Source of the DNA: Squalus acanthias
Taxonomy: Eukaryota
Direction of reading: 5' to 3'
Length of the DNA: 64,000 bases
Assembly (NCBI GenBank): GCA_030390025.1
Contig: CM059432.1
Location: forward strand, 71,922,001 to 71,986,000
Position numbers and translations under genes: made by a program. The notes under the pieces are model-generated. The model had not been told where the DNA came from, did no database searches, and worked only from the letters and a program-made list of their open reading frames with translations. Shown piece by piece: positions 25,915 to 38,575 of the stretch. Each line of letters begins with the position of its first letter. Positions within the stretch are counted from its first letter, which is position 1.

Positions 25915-27777
25915 ATGAGTGGTGCAAAACTGAAGGCTGCTCCACGTTTCAATGAGGACTCCCTCCAAGGTCTTGTGGAGGGAGTAAGAGGGTGCAGGGA
26001 GATTCTGTTCCCTCCCAATGGCCAGAGGAAGCCTCTTCAGCAAACCAAGGCAGCCTGGCTACACATTGCTGAGGAGGTCAGTCCAAGGTCCTTGTGTTCA
26101 CGCACCTGCATCATCAAAAGTGAGCATCACATCACACTTACCTTCAGTCTGCTTCCCTTCTCTTCTCATCACCAGCACTCTGCTTTGTAAGCCTGCTCCT
26201 CCAGATCCCACCTTGCCCTTACTTTTCTTGCACCCTTACCTATCCATCTCTCTCTCTGTACTGAATCACTTCACCATCCTACTATGCACCCCTCACACTC
26301 GCTCTCACTGTTATGCAATGACAACAACTAACAACGCACAGGGAGCTAGCTTCCTCTTGGCACCTCACTCCATCCTCGTCTCCCTCTAAGCTTCTATGTT
26401 ATGGATTCTTCACAGTCACTCCATCACTCTCGCTGAAACTCCACTTGTGTCCCTCCTTGCAAGAAAAGATAGCCCACAATAGGAGGGAGAGAGTACCGAC
26501 AAGAGGAGGGGCTTCATCCTTGGCCACATTGACAAGTGCTGAGGAGGCTGCGCGCGAGATCGTTGGTGGTGGCGAGGAGCTGGAAGTGGGGGATGGAGAG
26601 ACGGGCGCACTAGACGAAGCTGGTGACAAAATAGAGTTTCATCCCTCTCATTTAGATTTCATGATTGACTGCAATGGCATATGATGTTCATAGAGATTCA
26701 CTTTGTATCATCTGCACAAAAGGATGTGTCTGCTACCTAAAAATCAGATGTCTAACTCATGCCTTTACTCTCCCACAGGACCATCGAGAGCCCCCCACCC
26801 CACTGTCCAGGAGGAAGAGCCGGACGACTCCTCAGAGGAGCCTGCAGCCTCTGAGGGAGCAGCGTTACCAGGACTCAGCACACCCAGCACCAGAGCAGAG
26901 ACACACACCTCGGTGGGTCATTCGCGACATAGAGTAATGTTGTCACCTGGTGTATCACAGCTCACAAGTGAGCATCAGCAGATGGTGGAGACAGCGACAG
27001 CAGTGGCGAGTCCTCGTTGGAGGTCGCAGGACTCTCCTAGCTCTGCTCAGCTGCATGCAGACGCTGTGCCTCTGGCGCCATCCAGAAAGAGAGCGCTGCT
27101 GGAACTTCAACAACAAGTGTGGGAGTCTCTGACAGGTTTTGCATCCACAGTAACTGCGAGTGTGCAGAGAATGGAGGAGTCCATCTCAAACATGAGCACT
27201 GCCATGCTGGAGGCAATGGCACATGAACGTGCCGCCATTGAGAGGGTTGCAACCTCCTTGGAGGACATAACTCGCCAGACTCAACAGAGCATGGTGACTC
27301 TTCTCAATAGATGGTCTGCTATGGAAGATAGATGGGCATCTATTGAGAGACACCAGAGATACATGGACGTCCCCGGTATGAGGAATGTCAGTACTGAGAC
27401 GGGTCCTCATGGCTCCACTGATGTGCAGCAAGCTGCTCTCCAGCCACTTGCTAGCACTGAAGTGCAGGTGACCCATGAGAGGGATGTTGGTGGCAGACAA
27501 CCAGGCAGTGTGGGCTCCTCTCCAAGCGCTCACACGACCATGCCACTGCGGAGCCCTCGGTCAGAGCCCCGTAGTCCTCACCCAACTGAGATGGCCGTTT
27601 CAGCCCCTGCGCAGACACAGGAAGAGCAGACTGTTGCAGAGCCCTCCCAGGCTCCCAAACCCAAAGGCGTCTAAGCAGGCGCAGCATCAAAGTGAGCAAG
27701 GTGCCTCTACATCTGCTGAAGCCACAGGGGAAGCACCACATAGAAGCACGAGTAAGAGGAAGCTAAAACACAAATAG
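25915..27777 (+). pseudogene. 3-exon Myb/SANT-like gene, disrupted
   Basis: AAPRFNEDSLQGLVEGV..LFP..AWLHIAEEV; exon 2 EKIAHNRRERVPTRGG; exon 3 from 26779 is homologous to 17909-18951; lesions at the end of exon 1 and near 27670. Confidence 0.85.
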
Positions 27778-28076
27778 TCACAAGGGTAGTCACTTGGGTG
27801 TTTTGTTCTGTTGTATTTTGTTCTGTTGTATATTTTCCATTGTCATCCTTTTGTGAATGTATTAAACAAAAGTGTTGGCAAACAGTTGAAGTTCTGGCCA
27901 ATGTGTTCTGGGAAATGGAAGTTGCACATTGAGGCTCAGGACGATTTGCATTTGTAATGATGATGGTGAAAGTGATAGGAAAGCACTGTTTATTGGAGAG
28001 ATGATGTGTGGCGTTTTAGGAGAGTTGTTCACACATTCATAGCCATATGCTCGCCACCTGTAGTTGAAGAGTAAGC

Positions 28077-29341
28077 TTACGCGAATCTGGCATGGATGAG
28101 TGCATCCCTTGCGTGACGGCCAGCAATGAGCTCGAGTGCTGCTGCATTGGTCACATTGGGACCCGCAAGGTGTGCCTCCTCCTCATCCTCCTCGTCCTCC
28201 TACTCCTCCTTGTCCTCCTCCTCATCTTCCGAGGATTCTCTGCACTGAGCCACTTGTTCCTCAGGGAGCGCTAAGCCACGCTGCTGTACGATGTTGTGCA
28301 GGGCACAGCAGACCACGATCATTCTGGACACCGTGGCTGATGCATACTGCAGGCCTCCACCAGATCTGTCGAGGCATCCGAATCGCTTTTTGAGAAAGCT
28401 GATGGTTTGCTCTATGATGCTTCTGGTGGAAATGTGGCTCACATTGTACCGCTTCTCAGCCTCGTTTGATGGCCTCCTCATCGGTGTCATGAGCCACTTT
28501 TTCAGGGGACAGCCATTGTCACCAAGTAGCTATCCGGAAAGTTGGGTTGGCGGATTGAACAGCTGAGGCACAGTAGACGGAAGGAGTCTTGGCAACTGAA
28601 TGAGTCATGGCAACTGCCAGGGTACTTGGTGCAAACATGCATGATGATCTTCCTGTGGTTACACACCAGCTGGACGTGAAGGGAGTGGAAGCCCTTGCAG
28701 TTGACAAAAACAGCTGGGTTGTGATGGGGTCCCCTAATGGCCACATGTGTGCAGTCTATGACGCCCTGCACCCTTGGGAAGCCTGCCATATTTGCAAAGC
28801 CAACCACACGCGCAGTTACACTTGCTTCATCCGTAGAGAAGTGGATGTAATTGTGCGCCTTTGCAAAGACGGCATCGGTAGCCTGCGTGATGCAAGTGTG
28901 TGCGGCCAACTGAGAGATGCCGCTGATGTCTGCAGATGATCCCTGGAAGGAGCCCAAAGCAAAGAAGTTGAGTGCGGTGGTGACTTTGACAGCCACTCGT
29001 AAGGAGTGTCCACCCGCTCCTCTGCTCTCCAGCTGTTGGTGCAGCATTGCGCAGATGTCAGCGGCTACATCTCGCAGAAGTCTCAGCCTCCTTTGGCACT
29101 GCTGTTCACTCATGTTGAAGAAGCTCATCCTCTGCCTGTAAAGCAGGTGTTGGGGGTTTCTGCTGCAACGAGGAGCAGGCCTGCACTGACGCCCTCTGCC
29201 CTGGGCATCATCAGGTGGCTGAGGAGAAGGTTGGCGCTCCTGCTGTTGGTGCTGCTGCTGTGCCTGGTTGTGCTGCTGCTGCCGCAGCTGCTGTTCCTCC
29301 AAATCTGACGACCAGGATGAGAAGATATAAATGGTTCCCTT
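28077..29341 (-). pseudogene. HARBI1-like transposase, start codon mutated and frameshifted
   Basis: [40 protein letters not shown] in place of the ATG found in paralogues. Confidence 0.92.
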
Positions 29342-30042
29342 ACCGCTGGTATACATCTCAGTCGAGGAATGGAGGTTGTTTGCACTCAGACAAAGAGACC
29401 AGAGGGTATTCCAAGGAGGTCACACAGCAGATGGATTTCAGCCTCAACACTCACAAGATTAGTTGAGCTACAAAATGTCTCCCAAACCTCAAAGCACTAA
29501 ATTGTGGCATGTGAAAGAACGAGAGATTGCAGGACCACTTTTAAGCTGCTCGAGCAGCTGGCAACAATTCAGGTCCTAGCTCAACCCGGCTCGATTCACA
29601 TGGTGAGTTTTTATGAAGGTGGGCAGCATGGTGAAAAACCTCCAATATCAGATCAGATCAAAATAGGTTTATCCAGGCAGTTAACGACCTGTTAACTGCC
29701 TTAACTGCCTCTCCCGCCGTTTGGTGTCGGGTCAGTTCGGGAGCAGCTGACCTGACACTTCCCAAAGTCGCGTGGAAGTGGGATAAAGGCGGGTTCGCAG
29801 CCCGCCCCCAATTTTTATGATTTCCGCAACAGACCAGCCTCCAAACCCGCCCCCTCAGTGCTATTAAATTGGCGGACTTTGTGTCCTCCGCACAACTTGC
29901 TTTCCCACCTATCTTTGTATCATCAGCAAATTTGGCAACAGTACACTCGGTCCCTCCATCCAAGTCATTAATATAGATTGTAAATAGTTGAGGCCCCAGT
30001 ACTGATCCCTGTGGCACCCCACTAGTTACAGTTTTGCCAACC

Positions 30043-30127
30043 ATGATCAGCCATGATCGCATTGAATGGCGGAGCAGGCTAGAGGGGCCGAATGGCCTAC
30101 TCCTGCTCCTATCTTCTATGATTCTAT
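30043..30127 (+). mobile_element. Extremely 5'-truncated CR1 3' tail insertion
   Basis: GATCAGCCATGATCGCATTGAATGGCGGAGCAGG...CTATGATTCTAT flanked by an AACC duplication. Confidence 0.8.
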
Positions 30128-31547
30128 AACCTGAAAATTACACATTTATCCCGACTCTCTGTTTTCTGTTAGTTAGCCAATCCTCTATCCATGCTAATAT
30201 ATTACCCCCAACCCCGTGAACTCTTATCTTGTGCAGTAACCTTTTATGTGGCACCTTATCGAATGCCTTCTGGAAATCCAAATACACTACATCTACTGTT
30301 TCCCCTTTATCCCCCTGCTCGTTACATCCTCAAAGAACTCTAATAAATTTGTCAAACATGATTTTCCTTTCATAAAACCATGTTGACTCTGCTTGATTGT
30401 ATTATGATTTTTTAAATGTACTGCTACTACTTCCTTAATAATGGATTCTAGCATTTTCCCACTGACAGATATTAGGCTAACTGGCCTATAGTTTCCTGCT
30501 TTCTATCTCCCTCCTTTCTTGAATAGGGGTGTTACATTTGCAGTCTGCTGGGACCTTTCCAGAATCCAGGGAATTTTGGTAGATTACAACCAATGCATCC
30601 ACTATCTCTGCAGCCACTTCTTTTAAGACCCTAGGATGCAGGCCATCAGGTCCAGGGGACTTGTCAGCCTTTAGTCCCATTAGTTTGCCAAGTACTTTTT
30701 CTCTAGTGATAGTGATTATTTTAAGTTCCTACCTCCCTTTTGCCTCTTGATTATCTACTATTATTGAGATGCTTTTTGTGTCTTCTACCGTGAAGACAGA
30801 TACAAAATATTTGTTCAAAGTCTCTGCCATTTCCCTGTTTCCCATTATTAATTCCCCTAAGGGACCAACATTTACTTTAGCTACTCTCTTCCTTTTTATA
30901 TACCTGTAGAAGCTCTTACTGTCTTTTTTTATATTTCTTGCTAGTTTACTCTCATAATCTATCTCCTCCCTCTTTAATATTTTTTTAGTCATCTTTTGCT
31001 GGTTTCTAAAAAATTCCCAATCCTCTGGCCTACCACTACTCTTCGCAACATTGTATGCCTTTTCTTTCAATTTGATACCATCCTTAACTTCCTTAGTTAG
31101 CCACGGATGGTTCATCCTTCTCGTAGAGTCTTTCCTTCTCACTGGAATATACCTTTGCTGATAGTTATGAAATATCTCCTTAAATGTCTGCCACTGCTTA
31201 TCTACCATCTTACCCTTTAACCTATTTTCCCAGTCCACTTTAACCAATTCTGTCTTCATACCTTTGTAATTGACTTTATTTAAGTTTAAGACACTAGTTT
31301 CAGACCCAAGTTTCTCACCCTCAAACTGAATGTGAAATTCTATCATGCTATGATAGTATCCTAGTATCTCCTCTTTATCTATTTTTATCTCTTCCAGTAT
31401 CCTAGCAACTTCCTCGTTTACCATAGCTTTGGCAAAGTCCTCTTCCTTGATAAACACTGATGCAAAGTACTCAGCCATGCCTTCTTCCTCCACCAATAGT
31501 TCTCCATTTTGGTCCCTAATCGGCCCCACTGCTCCTCTGATAACCAG

Positions 31548-31970
31548 ATGAAATTGAGTTCAACAATTTCAGATCATAACCACTGCTCACATTTTTTTGG
31601 ACAACAGGTGCTGGTAATGGTTCTGTTGTTGCCATTTACACCCCTCTAGACCCATCTTTTGTTTCTTTATTTGTCCCATTACCCCTCCCTTTTGCCTTGC
31701 ATCATCATCCTTTTTGTCTTCTAATCACTCCTGCTCTCCACCCTATCACAGACCTTCCCTTTTGTTCTTCCCTCCCCTCTCCCCCTTTCCCTGCCTCTCT
31801 ACTTGGTTAAAACCTGTTACATCTCTAACTTTGTCCAGTTCTGATGACAGGTCATTGACCTTAAACATTAACTTTGTTTCTCTCTCCACAGATGCTGCCT
31901 GACCTGCTGAGTATTTCCAGCATTTTCTGTTTTTATTTCAGATTTCCAGCATCTGCAGTATTTTGCTTTA
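31548..31970 (+). mobile_element. Penelope-like element 3' end / pseudo-LTR
   Basis: IEFNNFRS* (PLE ORF C-terminus, from recall), pyrimidine-rich tract, hammerhead-like core, GATGCTGCCTGACCTGCTGAG tail; a tiny copy of the tail lies at about 16485-16520. Confidence 0.7.
31837..31873 (+). ncRNA. Degenerate minimal type I hammerhead ribozyme
   Basis: AGTT-CTGATGA-C-AGGTC(ATT)GACCT-TAAAC-ATT-AACT: box 1, stem II and stem I are present; the GAAA box reads TAAA. Confidence 0.65.
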
Positions 31971-33915
31971 GAATTCATGCAATTAGTTTGGGCTGGATTC
32001 AAACCAGATCACAGAAATGAAGGTACAGTGCTGTAATCCTCTGCACCACCCAATCCCCCAAACTTAACTGATCTGAACCTTTTAGAACTGCAAAGTATAA
32101 AAAACAGTTAACAGCATCACTGAAAAAATATTGGAACTTAGAAAAGGAAGAAGAGGTCATTCAGCTCATTAAACCTACTCCTTTGACAGATGATATATAA
32201 CCACTCCTAACTTGGATTCTACCCGATCCATTTAATCTCCTGAAAGTTCTGTACAGTTGTTCTGTTATTCCCAAAGGTAATGAGAAAGCCACTCCAGAAT
32301 ATTTATTCATTCCCACGTCTCCACTATTCAAACCTGGCCAACTGCCATCCCCCGAAGACTTCCCTACCCCGCAGAGTATTTGATCATTTCAAATGACATT
32401 TATCTCTATAACCTTCTGTCTTATTTCAAAATCAGATATTTATTTAGTTCTTTTTGAAGCTATTAATTAACACAGAATCAATTCCTTTTTCGGGGAATTT
32501 GTTCCTCATATTCACGTCGCTGTAGGGAAAACACATTTTTTTAATCTCTAGTTTCGCAGTGTCTAGAATAACTTCATAGCCAGGATTATCCTCACCCACC
32601 ATTTTGAATCTGCTTCAACTCGGACCATTTCCCTGGGTCAGGGGTCATTACTGATGCACAGCAGACTCCCAGGGGATTCTCGCCATCGAGGGAACATGCC
32701 AGGTTTAAAGGAGCAGAAGTCCCACTGAAGTTCTCGGTCAAAATTGAGGCCTTCAGCAAGTAAATTTCTAGAGCCGTCTGAAGGGAAAGGAGGCTGTAAA
32801 AGACCCATTTGGTTATTTACCACTGCTTCCTGGAGCCTACTGCCACCTTCTCATTGTGGCTACAGGAAGCGCAGTAATTATAGCAAAGAGCAGAAACATC
32901 TGCTGGGACGTCAGGGCCTGCCGGCCCCCCCACCACCCCTCCGCATACTGCCCCCCTCCCCCCTACCCCGCCACTCCCCACCACCATTACCATATGGTGG
33001 ACAGGGAAGGAGCGGGCAGCAGCGGCCCTGGTGAGGTCGGTGGGGAGGGAAATCCCGGTCAGGGGGTGAGGTGACAGTAGGACTCACCACCCACATTTTC
33101 TAACATTCTCCACCGCGCTTCCATCTAATTTCGAGCAGGATCACAGAGGAGAATTCCCCTCTACATGAACAATACATCATGATTTTATTTTGGATTTAAT
33201 AAAAATTGTTTACCAGGTTTTGGATGAACGGTTACTTTAAAGAATGTGTCACAGGGTGGTGTCCCATTGCTGGTGAGATTACAGCCCACCCACAGGTGAA
33301 GGGAAAGCCCTATTTCTCTAGTTCCCCTCAGAGTTCTTTAAGATATCTCTAAAGATCTCTGAACAGCTACATTCCAGAACAATGTGGAGCAAAGTTGCTG
33401 GTTGTGCACCAGTGTGATGAGCAGATTGACTTGACAAGCTACTCTCAGCACAATTGCAAAGTTTTGTAGGCAGACCACGCCATTGTGTTTCTGGGTGTTT
33501 CCAGATCCAATACTGGGAAGTTATTGTCCATCTACTTCAGCAAGTGGAGACATTTTTCTGCAAGACCTCGGAATGTCGGGGAAACATGTAACCAGATTGA
33601 CATCTGCCCCTGCTGTCGGCGCAGACCCTCTCGAAAGTGTAAGTTAGATTCCAGGCTAACCTGGTAGAGGAGTCACTAGCATACAGTAGATCTATCTACC
33701 ACTTACCCGCAGGTTGTGGACTCTTCTCTCTGCCTTGCATTTAAGCTATCAGTCAGTGTTTCAACCAAAGTATTAATTTCCCAGTGTTTCACAATAAAAA
33801 TCAGCTTCTTTCAGTCAGTATCAACCAGTTAGATTATTTGGAAGGAAGAACTGGAGGCTGTTAGAACCCAATCAGACGTTACTTTCTCCCATATTTGGTC
33901 CCTCATGAACTTGAG

Positions 33916-34480
33916 GCAGAAAACCTGAGAGTACCAGTTACGGGTGGCTTTATTTAATGTTTGTCCTGAATTAATTTTATATAACAAATAAGCTGCTAAA
34001 CTGCAGCTTTGAGAAACTTTTAATTTTCGTCAAAGGAACTTTCTGGGGCATGCCCAGCTGATGTACTGCGTGAAGGTTTATTTTCTTCCACACTGGATGT
34101 AGCTGCTGTTTGAGGTAGGAAGGATGCTCTCTGGTGTGAATACATTAACTGGTCTTATTCGATTGCTGCACTTGTGGAATCTCCAAGGCCTGGAAATAAA
34201 TTAGAAAGTAGGGTCGGATTGCTAATTCATTTTGTTTAATTTTTTTAAATATTGAGATTTACACTCAGGACCTCAGTAGGCTCCATAATACCTGAAAATG
34301 ACAGCAGGCTCCCGAGGTGTGGAAAGGTATTTATCAGCTGGGCATGCCCCAGAAAGTTCCTTTGACGAAAGTTAAAAGTTTCTCAAAGCTGCAGTTTAGC
34401 AGCTTGTTTGTTATATAAAATTAATTTCAGGACAAACATTAAATAAAGCCACCCGTAACTGGTACTCTCAGGTTTTCTGC
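33916..34480. repeat. 147/148-bp inverted repeat (33916-34062 vs 34333-34480)
   Basis: By manual alignment the arms differ by two substitutions and one indel. Confidence 0.95.
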
Positions 34481-34975
34481 TCAGGTCAACATCCCCAGCA
34501 TCGAAGCTTTGACCACGCTCGATCAGCTCCGATGGACAGGTCACATTGTCCGCATGCCCGATACGAGACTCCCAAAACAAGCGCTCTACTCGGAGCTCCG
34601 ACAGGGCAAGAGAGCCCCAGGTGGGCAGAGGAAACGCTTCAAGGACACCCTCAAAGCCTCCTTGAAAAAATGTAACATCCCCACCGACACCTGGGAATCC
34701 CTGGCCCAAGACCGCACAAAGTGGAGGAGAAGCATCCGGGAAGGCGCCGAACACCTCGAGTCTCTTCGCCAGGAGAAAGCGGAAGCCAAGCGCAAGCAGC
34801 GCAAGGAGCGCACGTCAACCCAAGCACCCCACCCACCCGCCCCTTTAACCACCGTCTGCCCCACCTGTGACAGAGACTGTAGGTCCCGCATTGGACTCAT
34901 CAGTCACCTGAGAACTCATTTTTAATGTGGAAGCAAGTCATCCTCGGTTCAGAGGGACTGCCTAAGAAGAAGAAG
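34481..34975 (+). mobile_element. 5'-truncated RTE-clade LINE
   Basis: LRWTGHIVRMPDTRLPKQALYSEL..G.R..GGQRKRFKD..CPTCDRDC..HLRTH; (AAG)n tail; 11-bp TSD ACCTGAAAATG at 34290-34300 and 34976-34986. Confidence 0.92.
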
Positions 34976-35970
34976 ACCTGAAAATGCATCAAATCAGATG
35001 CAAAAAATAAAATATTTTGGACGGAGACGGGAACAAGCTCTCAGATTACCCCCCCCCCAACGAAGATAAATCTCATGTCTTCAGCACTCACATCTTCTTC
35101 AGTAATTTCTAAATCCACCATTGCTGTGAACTCTGCTTTTGAGTACAGTGGGATTAAACTTACTTGGCCAAAACTCTCCTGGAAGCCCAGCAGAATGGCT
35201 GAGAAATAGGCCAGGATCTCGATAAACCCAGTCCTAGTCTATACTGGAGGCTGCCAGTCGGCCTTGTAAGTGGCTCAGAATTCTCTGACCTCAGTGGGAC
35301 CTGGCCGAAGGTTAGAGGTTGGAATACTCGTTGAGATGAGGTAAGGTTCGGTGGTAAGGAGACTGAAAGGGGAGGAAGGGTTCAGAGAAAAAATTTCTCA
35401 AAGGGGAGCTGGAGCCTCCGGATGGCAGCAGGCACTGGAACTTTCAGCAGATAGAGCTGACAGGCACCTGAGATGTGTCCAACTGGCTGGCCTCCTGCAA
35501 CTGAGGTGCTCTCCCACATATGAGTGGGCTCAGTGGTGGAGGACACCGGTGGGCGTGGTCCTGGTATAGCTGACGGAATCATAGCCCAAGGATTTTCAGT
35601 CCCTGTATCTTCTTCATGTATCACAAGGCCTATATTAAAGGCTGTTTTTGAGCCACCAGCTTTTTTGGGGTTGTGTCAGCATTTTTAGAACTACTGGTCA
35701 ACTTTTCCTAGTTTTCGAGGTTGGCTTCTCTTCCTTACCAGCACATTCCTCACCACCGCTGCTTTATCAGTGTCCTCAGAAATAGATGGAGTGGAATTGT
35801 AAGAAAGCAATTCATCTGAGGAGATAGAAAGGGATTTTTAAAGGATAATAATGTTGTAAGCACATGTGATGGGAACTGGAGACAGGCAACTGGCAGAGAC
35901 TGACAAAATCAGGGAATATTCATTTATGGACTACGTTATAAAAGATGGTCTTCAATAACTTAGACTTGCA

Positions 35971-37845
35971 GGGGTGAATTTTTGGGGTGCTACGAGGCCC
36001 CTTAAGGTTACAAAATGGCATCTGCGGCATTCACGTACACTTCTGATGCGAAGTGCGCCATATTAGTAAAGGGGTTAGCGCGCGTGCACTTAACGTTGGC
36101 CGGAAGTATGCAGAGCAGGCAGATCATGACGTCAATCAGTGTGCACGCTGATTTGACACCAGCGGTGCCATTTTGGAGCTCCACACTCCAGCCTATGTCC
36201 TCTTTTAACCTCCCACAGCTGAACACATGTTCAACAGCATGAAGGTCCCCCCACCAGCACTATTTAAAGGGATCATCAATTACTTACAGATTAGTTGCTG
36301 GATTATTTCTTCTGGCTGTTGATGCAATTCTATGCATTTTGGGTGTTTTTGCACACTTGTTAAAAGTTTCAGTAGTCTACAGGGAGTGGTCTGGCTGGTG
36401 CTGAAGTACTTTTTTGCTAACTTAAAGGCTTGTGCACAAACCAGTTGCTTCCAGACATGGGTGGCCTAGTAGGCCTTCCTCTTGGAATTGAGCATGACTG
36501 GGAGAATGAGCAGAGGCCGCACAAGAGGGAGGAGGAGGAGGAGGAGAAGGATTCTCAGCAGGAGGCTATAGCCCCCCAGGGTGTTCAGGGCACAATTGTC
36601 CTACCTGAACTTCAACGACAATCAATGTTTGAGACATCTGCACTTCACTAAGGTGGTTATTACTGAAATCTGGCAACTGCTGCAGCCACAACTCCAACCT
36701 CAGAGCAGGGCAAGGACCGCATTGCCAGTGGCTGTGAAGGTGACCGTGGCCAGGAACTTTTATGCGTCTGGCTCCTTCTAGGCTGCTGAGAGTTAGGAAT
36801 GAGGGAGAAGTGGGATGGGTAAAGGAGGATTAGGTATGAGGATACTGTCATCTTCAATAGCTTCAGCCCTGCCGGTGGCCACGGGCTCAGGAATGGCCCT
36901 TCCCACAATGGCTAGCACCGTCTCCATCATGGGGGTTAGAACATGCAGGCGCGCCTCTCCCCCTCCGGTTAGTTCCTGCTGCCTCCAGTTGTGCGGCACC
37001 TTCTCCTGCAACAGAGAGGGAAGTGCGTCAGTGAGTGTCGTGCAATCTGTTTCGGTGATGTGGCTGTCATGGTTGAATAGCTGGCAGTGTGTGCCAGATG
37101 TGAGATGTGGATGTGAGGCTTGCAGCAGTGCTAAGTGTGTGAGGGTGAGATGAAGCATATAATGTAGGTAAGAGACCTGATTGATAGAGATTGTTGGTAG
37201 TTGAGTGATTGGGGATGTGGTGAATTGAGCAGTGGCTGAGGCTAGGGGTGCAGATGGTAGAATATGGTATTTGAAGATGCATTCACTGACCTTGACCATT
37301 CATGTGAGGTCATTAAACTTCTTCTTGCACTACATCCAGGTCCTTGGGGCTGTACACCTGGCGTTAACCTCCAGGCTATCTGTTCCCACTGCCTCTCATT
37401 GTATGTCTTGAGGGCCTCCTGCCCCCTGAGGATACAGGCCATCTCTCCTCCTTTCCACCTCCTCCACCAAGACCTCCAGTGCAACGTCTGAATACCTGGG
37501 GGCCTGCTCACTCCCAAAGTTCAGCCATTCTTCTCTCTTTCCCAGGTCACATTCAGTTCCAGAATGACTCCCAGCACCTGCTGCAGCCACAATGCACCTC
37601 CCCTTTAAGAGGTGCAGGCTAGCTTTAAGTAGTGCAGGCTAGCTTTAAGAAGTGCAAGTTACTAACAATATTGGGCCCCCTGCTGATGCGTGCAGCCAAC
37701 GGGACGGGCTGGCTGCATGCAGAAATCATTATAATTAGCAGGCAGCACGAAGTTGGCATCCTACCTGCATTCCACTCAACGGGCACGGTTTAATCACGTA
37801 TCATGATCCCCGCGCCCGTTTTCAGGGGCTAAACAATTTATAGCC
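35971..37845. mobile_element. Harbinger internal-deletion derivative (ends uncertain)
   Basis: Transposase 5' remnant on plus (RTALPVAVKVTVARNFYASGSF) abuts Myb exons 1-2 on minus (APRYSDVALEVLVEEV; EKVPHNWRQQELTGGG). Confidence 0.75.
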
Positions 37846-37962
37846 TACTGACATTTAACAGCACGCTTCTGAACTTTCCCACCATGTGAGATTGGATTAA
37901 GGAAGAGACTTACCAGAGATCTGGGACTCTGGGATATTGGTCTCTGGCTAGTTAGAATTTTA

Positions 37963-38575
37963 CATATGAACATACAAACAATGACGGACAGGTAAAGACC
38001 CTCTGGTCCATCGAGCCTGTCCCACACAATTGCAATACCTTGTGTATCACAACATATACACTCAACCCCACCCGAAACCATGTGATCTCTTGGGAGAGGC
38101 AAGAAAAAATGTAAAAATCCAGGCCAATTTGGGGGGGGGGAAATCTGGGAAATTCCTCTCCGACCCATCTAGGCAATCAGAACTAGTCCAGGAGATCACT
38201 CTGGCCCTGAATTCCCTGCAGTATCTACCTTCTGTAAGAGGTGATCTCCACCCCAGCCAGAAACAGGCCCAGTTCTCGTTTTAAAGAATTCAGCGAATCA
38301 GCATCACCACACGAGACAGCAGCCTGTTCCAGAGGTCCACTATTCGCTGGAAAAAGAACCACCTCCTGACATCTAACCTAGATTTAGCCTTACACAACTT
38401 AAATTTGTGACCCCTGGTCCTCCCTAACCTATTTAATTGAAACAAACTGTCAACTGGATCACAATCTATTCCCTTCATTATCTTATAAACCTCAATCAAA
38501 TCACCTCGAAGTCTACGCTTCTCTAAACTGCAGAGTCCCAACTCTTTTAGCCTATCTTGATAACTATGATTTCAG
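37963..38575 (-). mobile_element. CR1 3' fragment (different 3'UTR family)
   Basis: ORF 38290-38541 SLEKRRLRGDLIEVYKIMKG..RTRGH. Confidence 0.85.

Larger units (their letters stand above)
25652..29877. mobile_element. Full-length two-gene Harbinger, decayed
   Basis: TIRs GGCCGCAAATTTAAT / [21 protein letters not shown] (25649-25651, 29878-29880); convergent Myb-like and transposase genes. Confidence 0.93.
20970..31360 (-). mobile_element. CR1 LINE (pieces 20970-21229, 25023-25651, 29878-31360) nested in the outer CR1
   Basis: CATAAGAACATAAGAA tail at 20970; ORFs 24973-25659, 29658-30062, 30486-30680 and 30729-31529 carry ORF2 motifs; the pieces rejoin. Confidence 0.88.
16715..31545 (-). mobile_element. 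Outer antisense CR1 (pieces about 16715-16906, 20130-20969, 31362-31545) hosting a nest
   Basis: The pieces rejoin colinearly across the insertions (TACTCTAT|GCCTC; GCCTGTCTA|GTATCTCC); ORFs 20073-20875 encode RT motifs. Confidence 0.8.

Noticed and set aside
32579..33160. Further Harbinger-like non-autonomous elements (also about 3229-3880 and 9393-9471)
   Set aside because: Only weak or short inverted ends and no matching TSD; plausible but not supportable.
33916..34480. MITE with 147-bp TIRs
   Set aside because: No TSD outside the arms; the right arm lies inside the RTE TSD.
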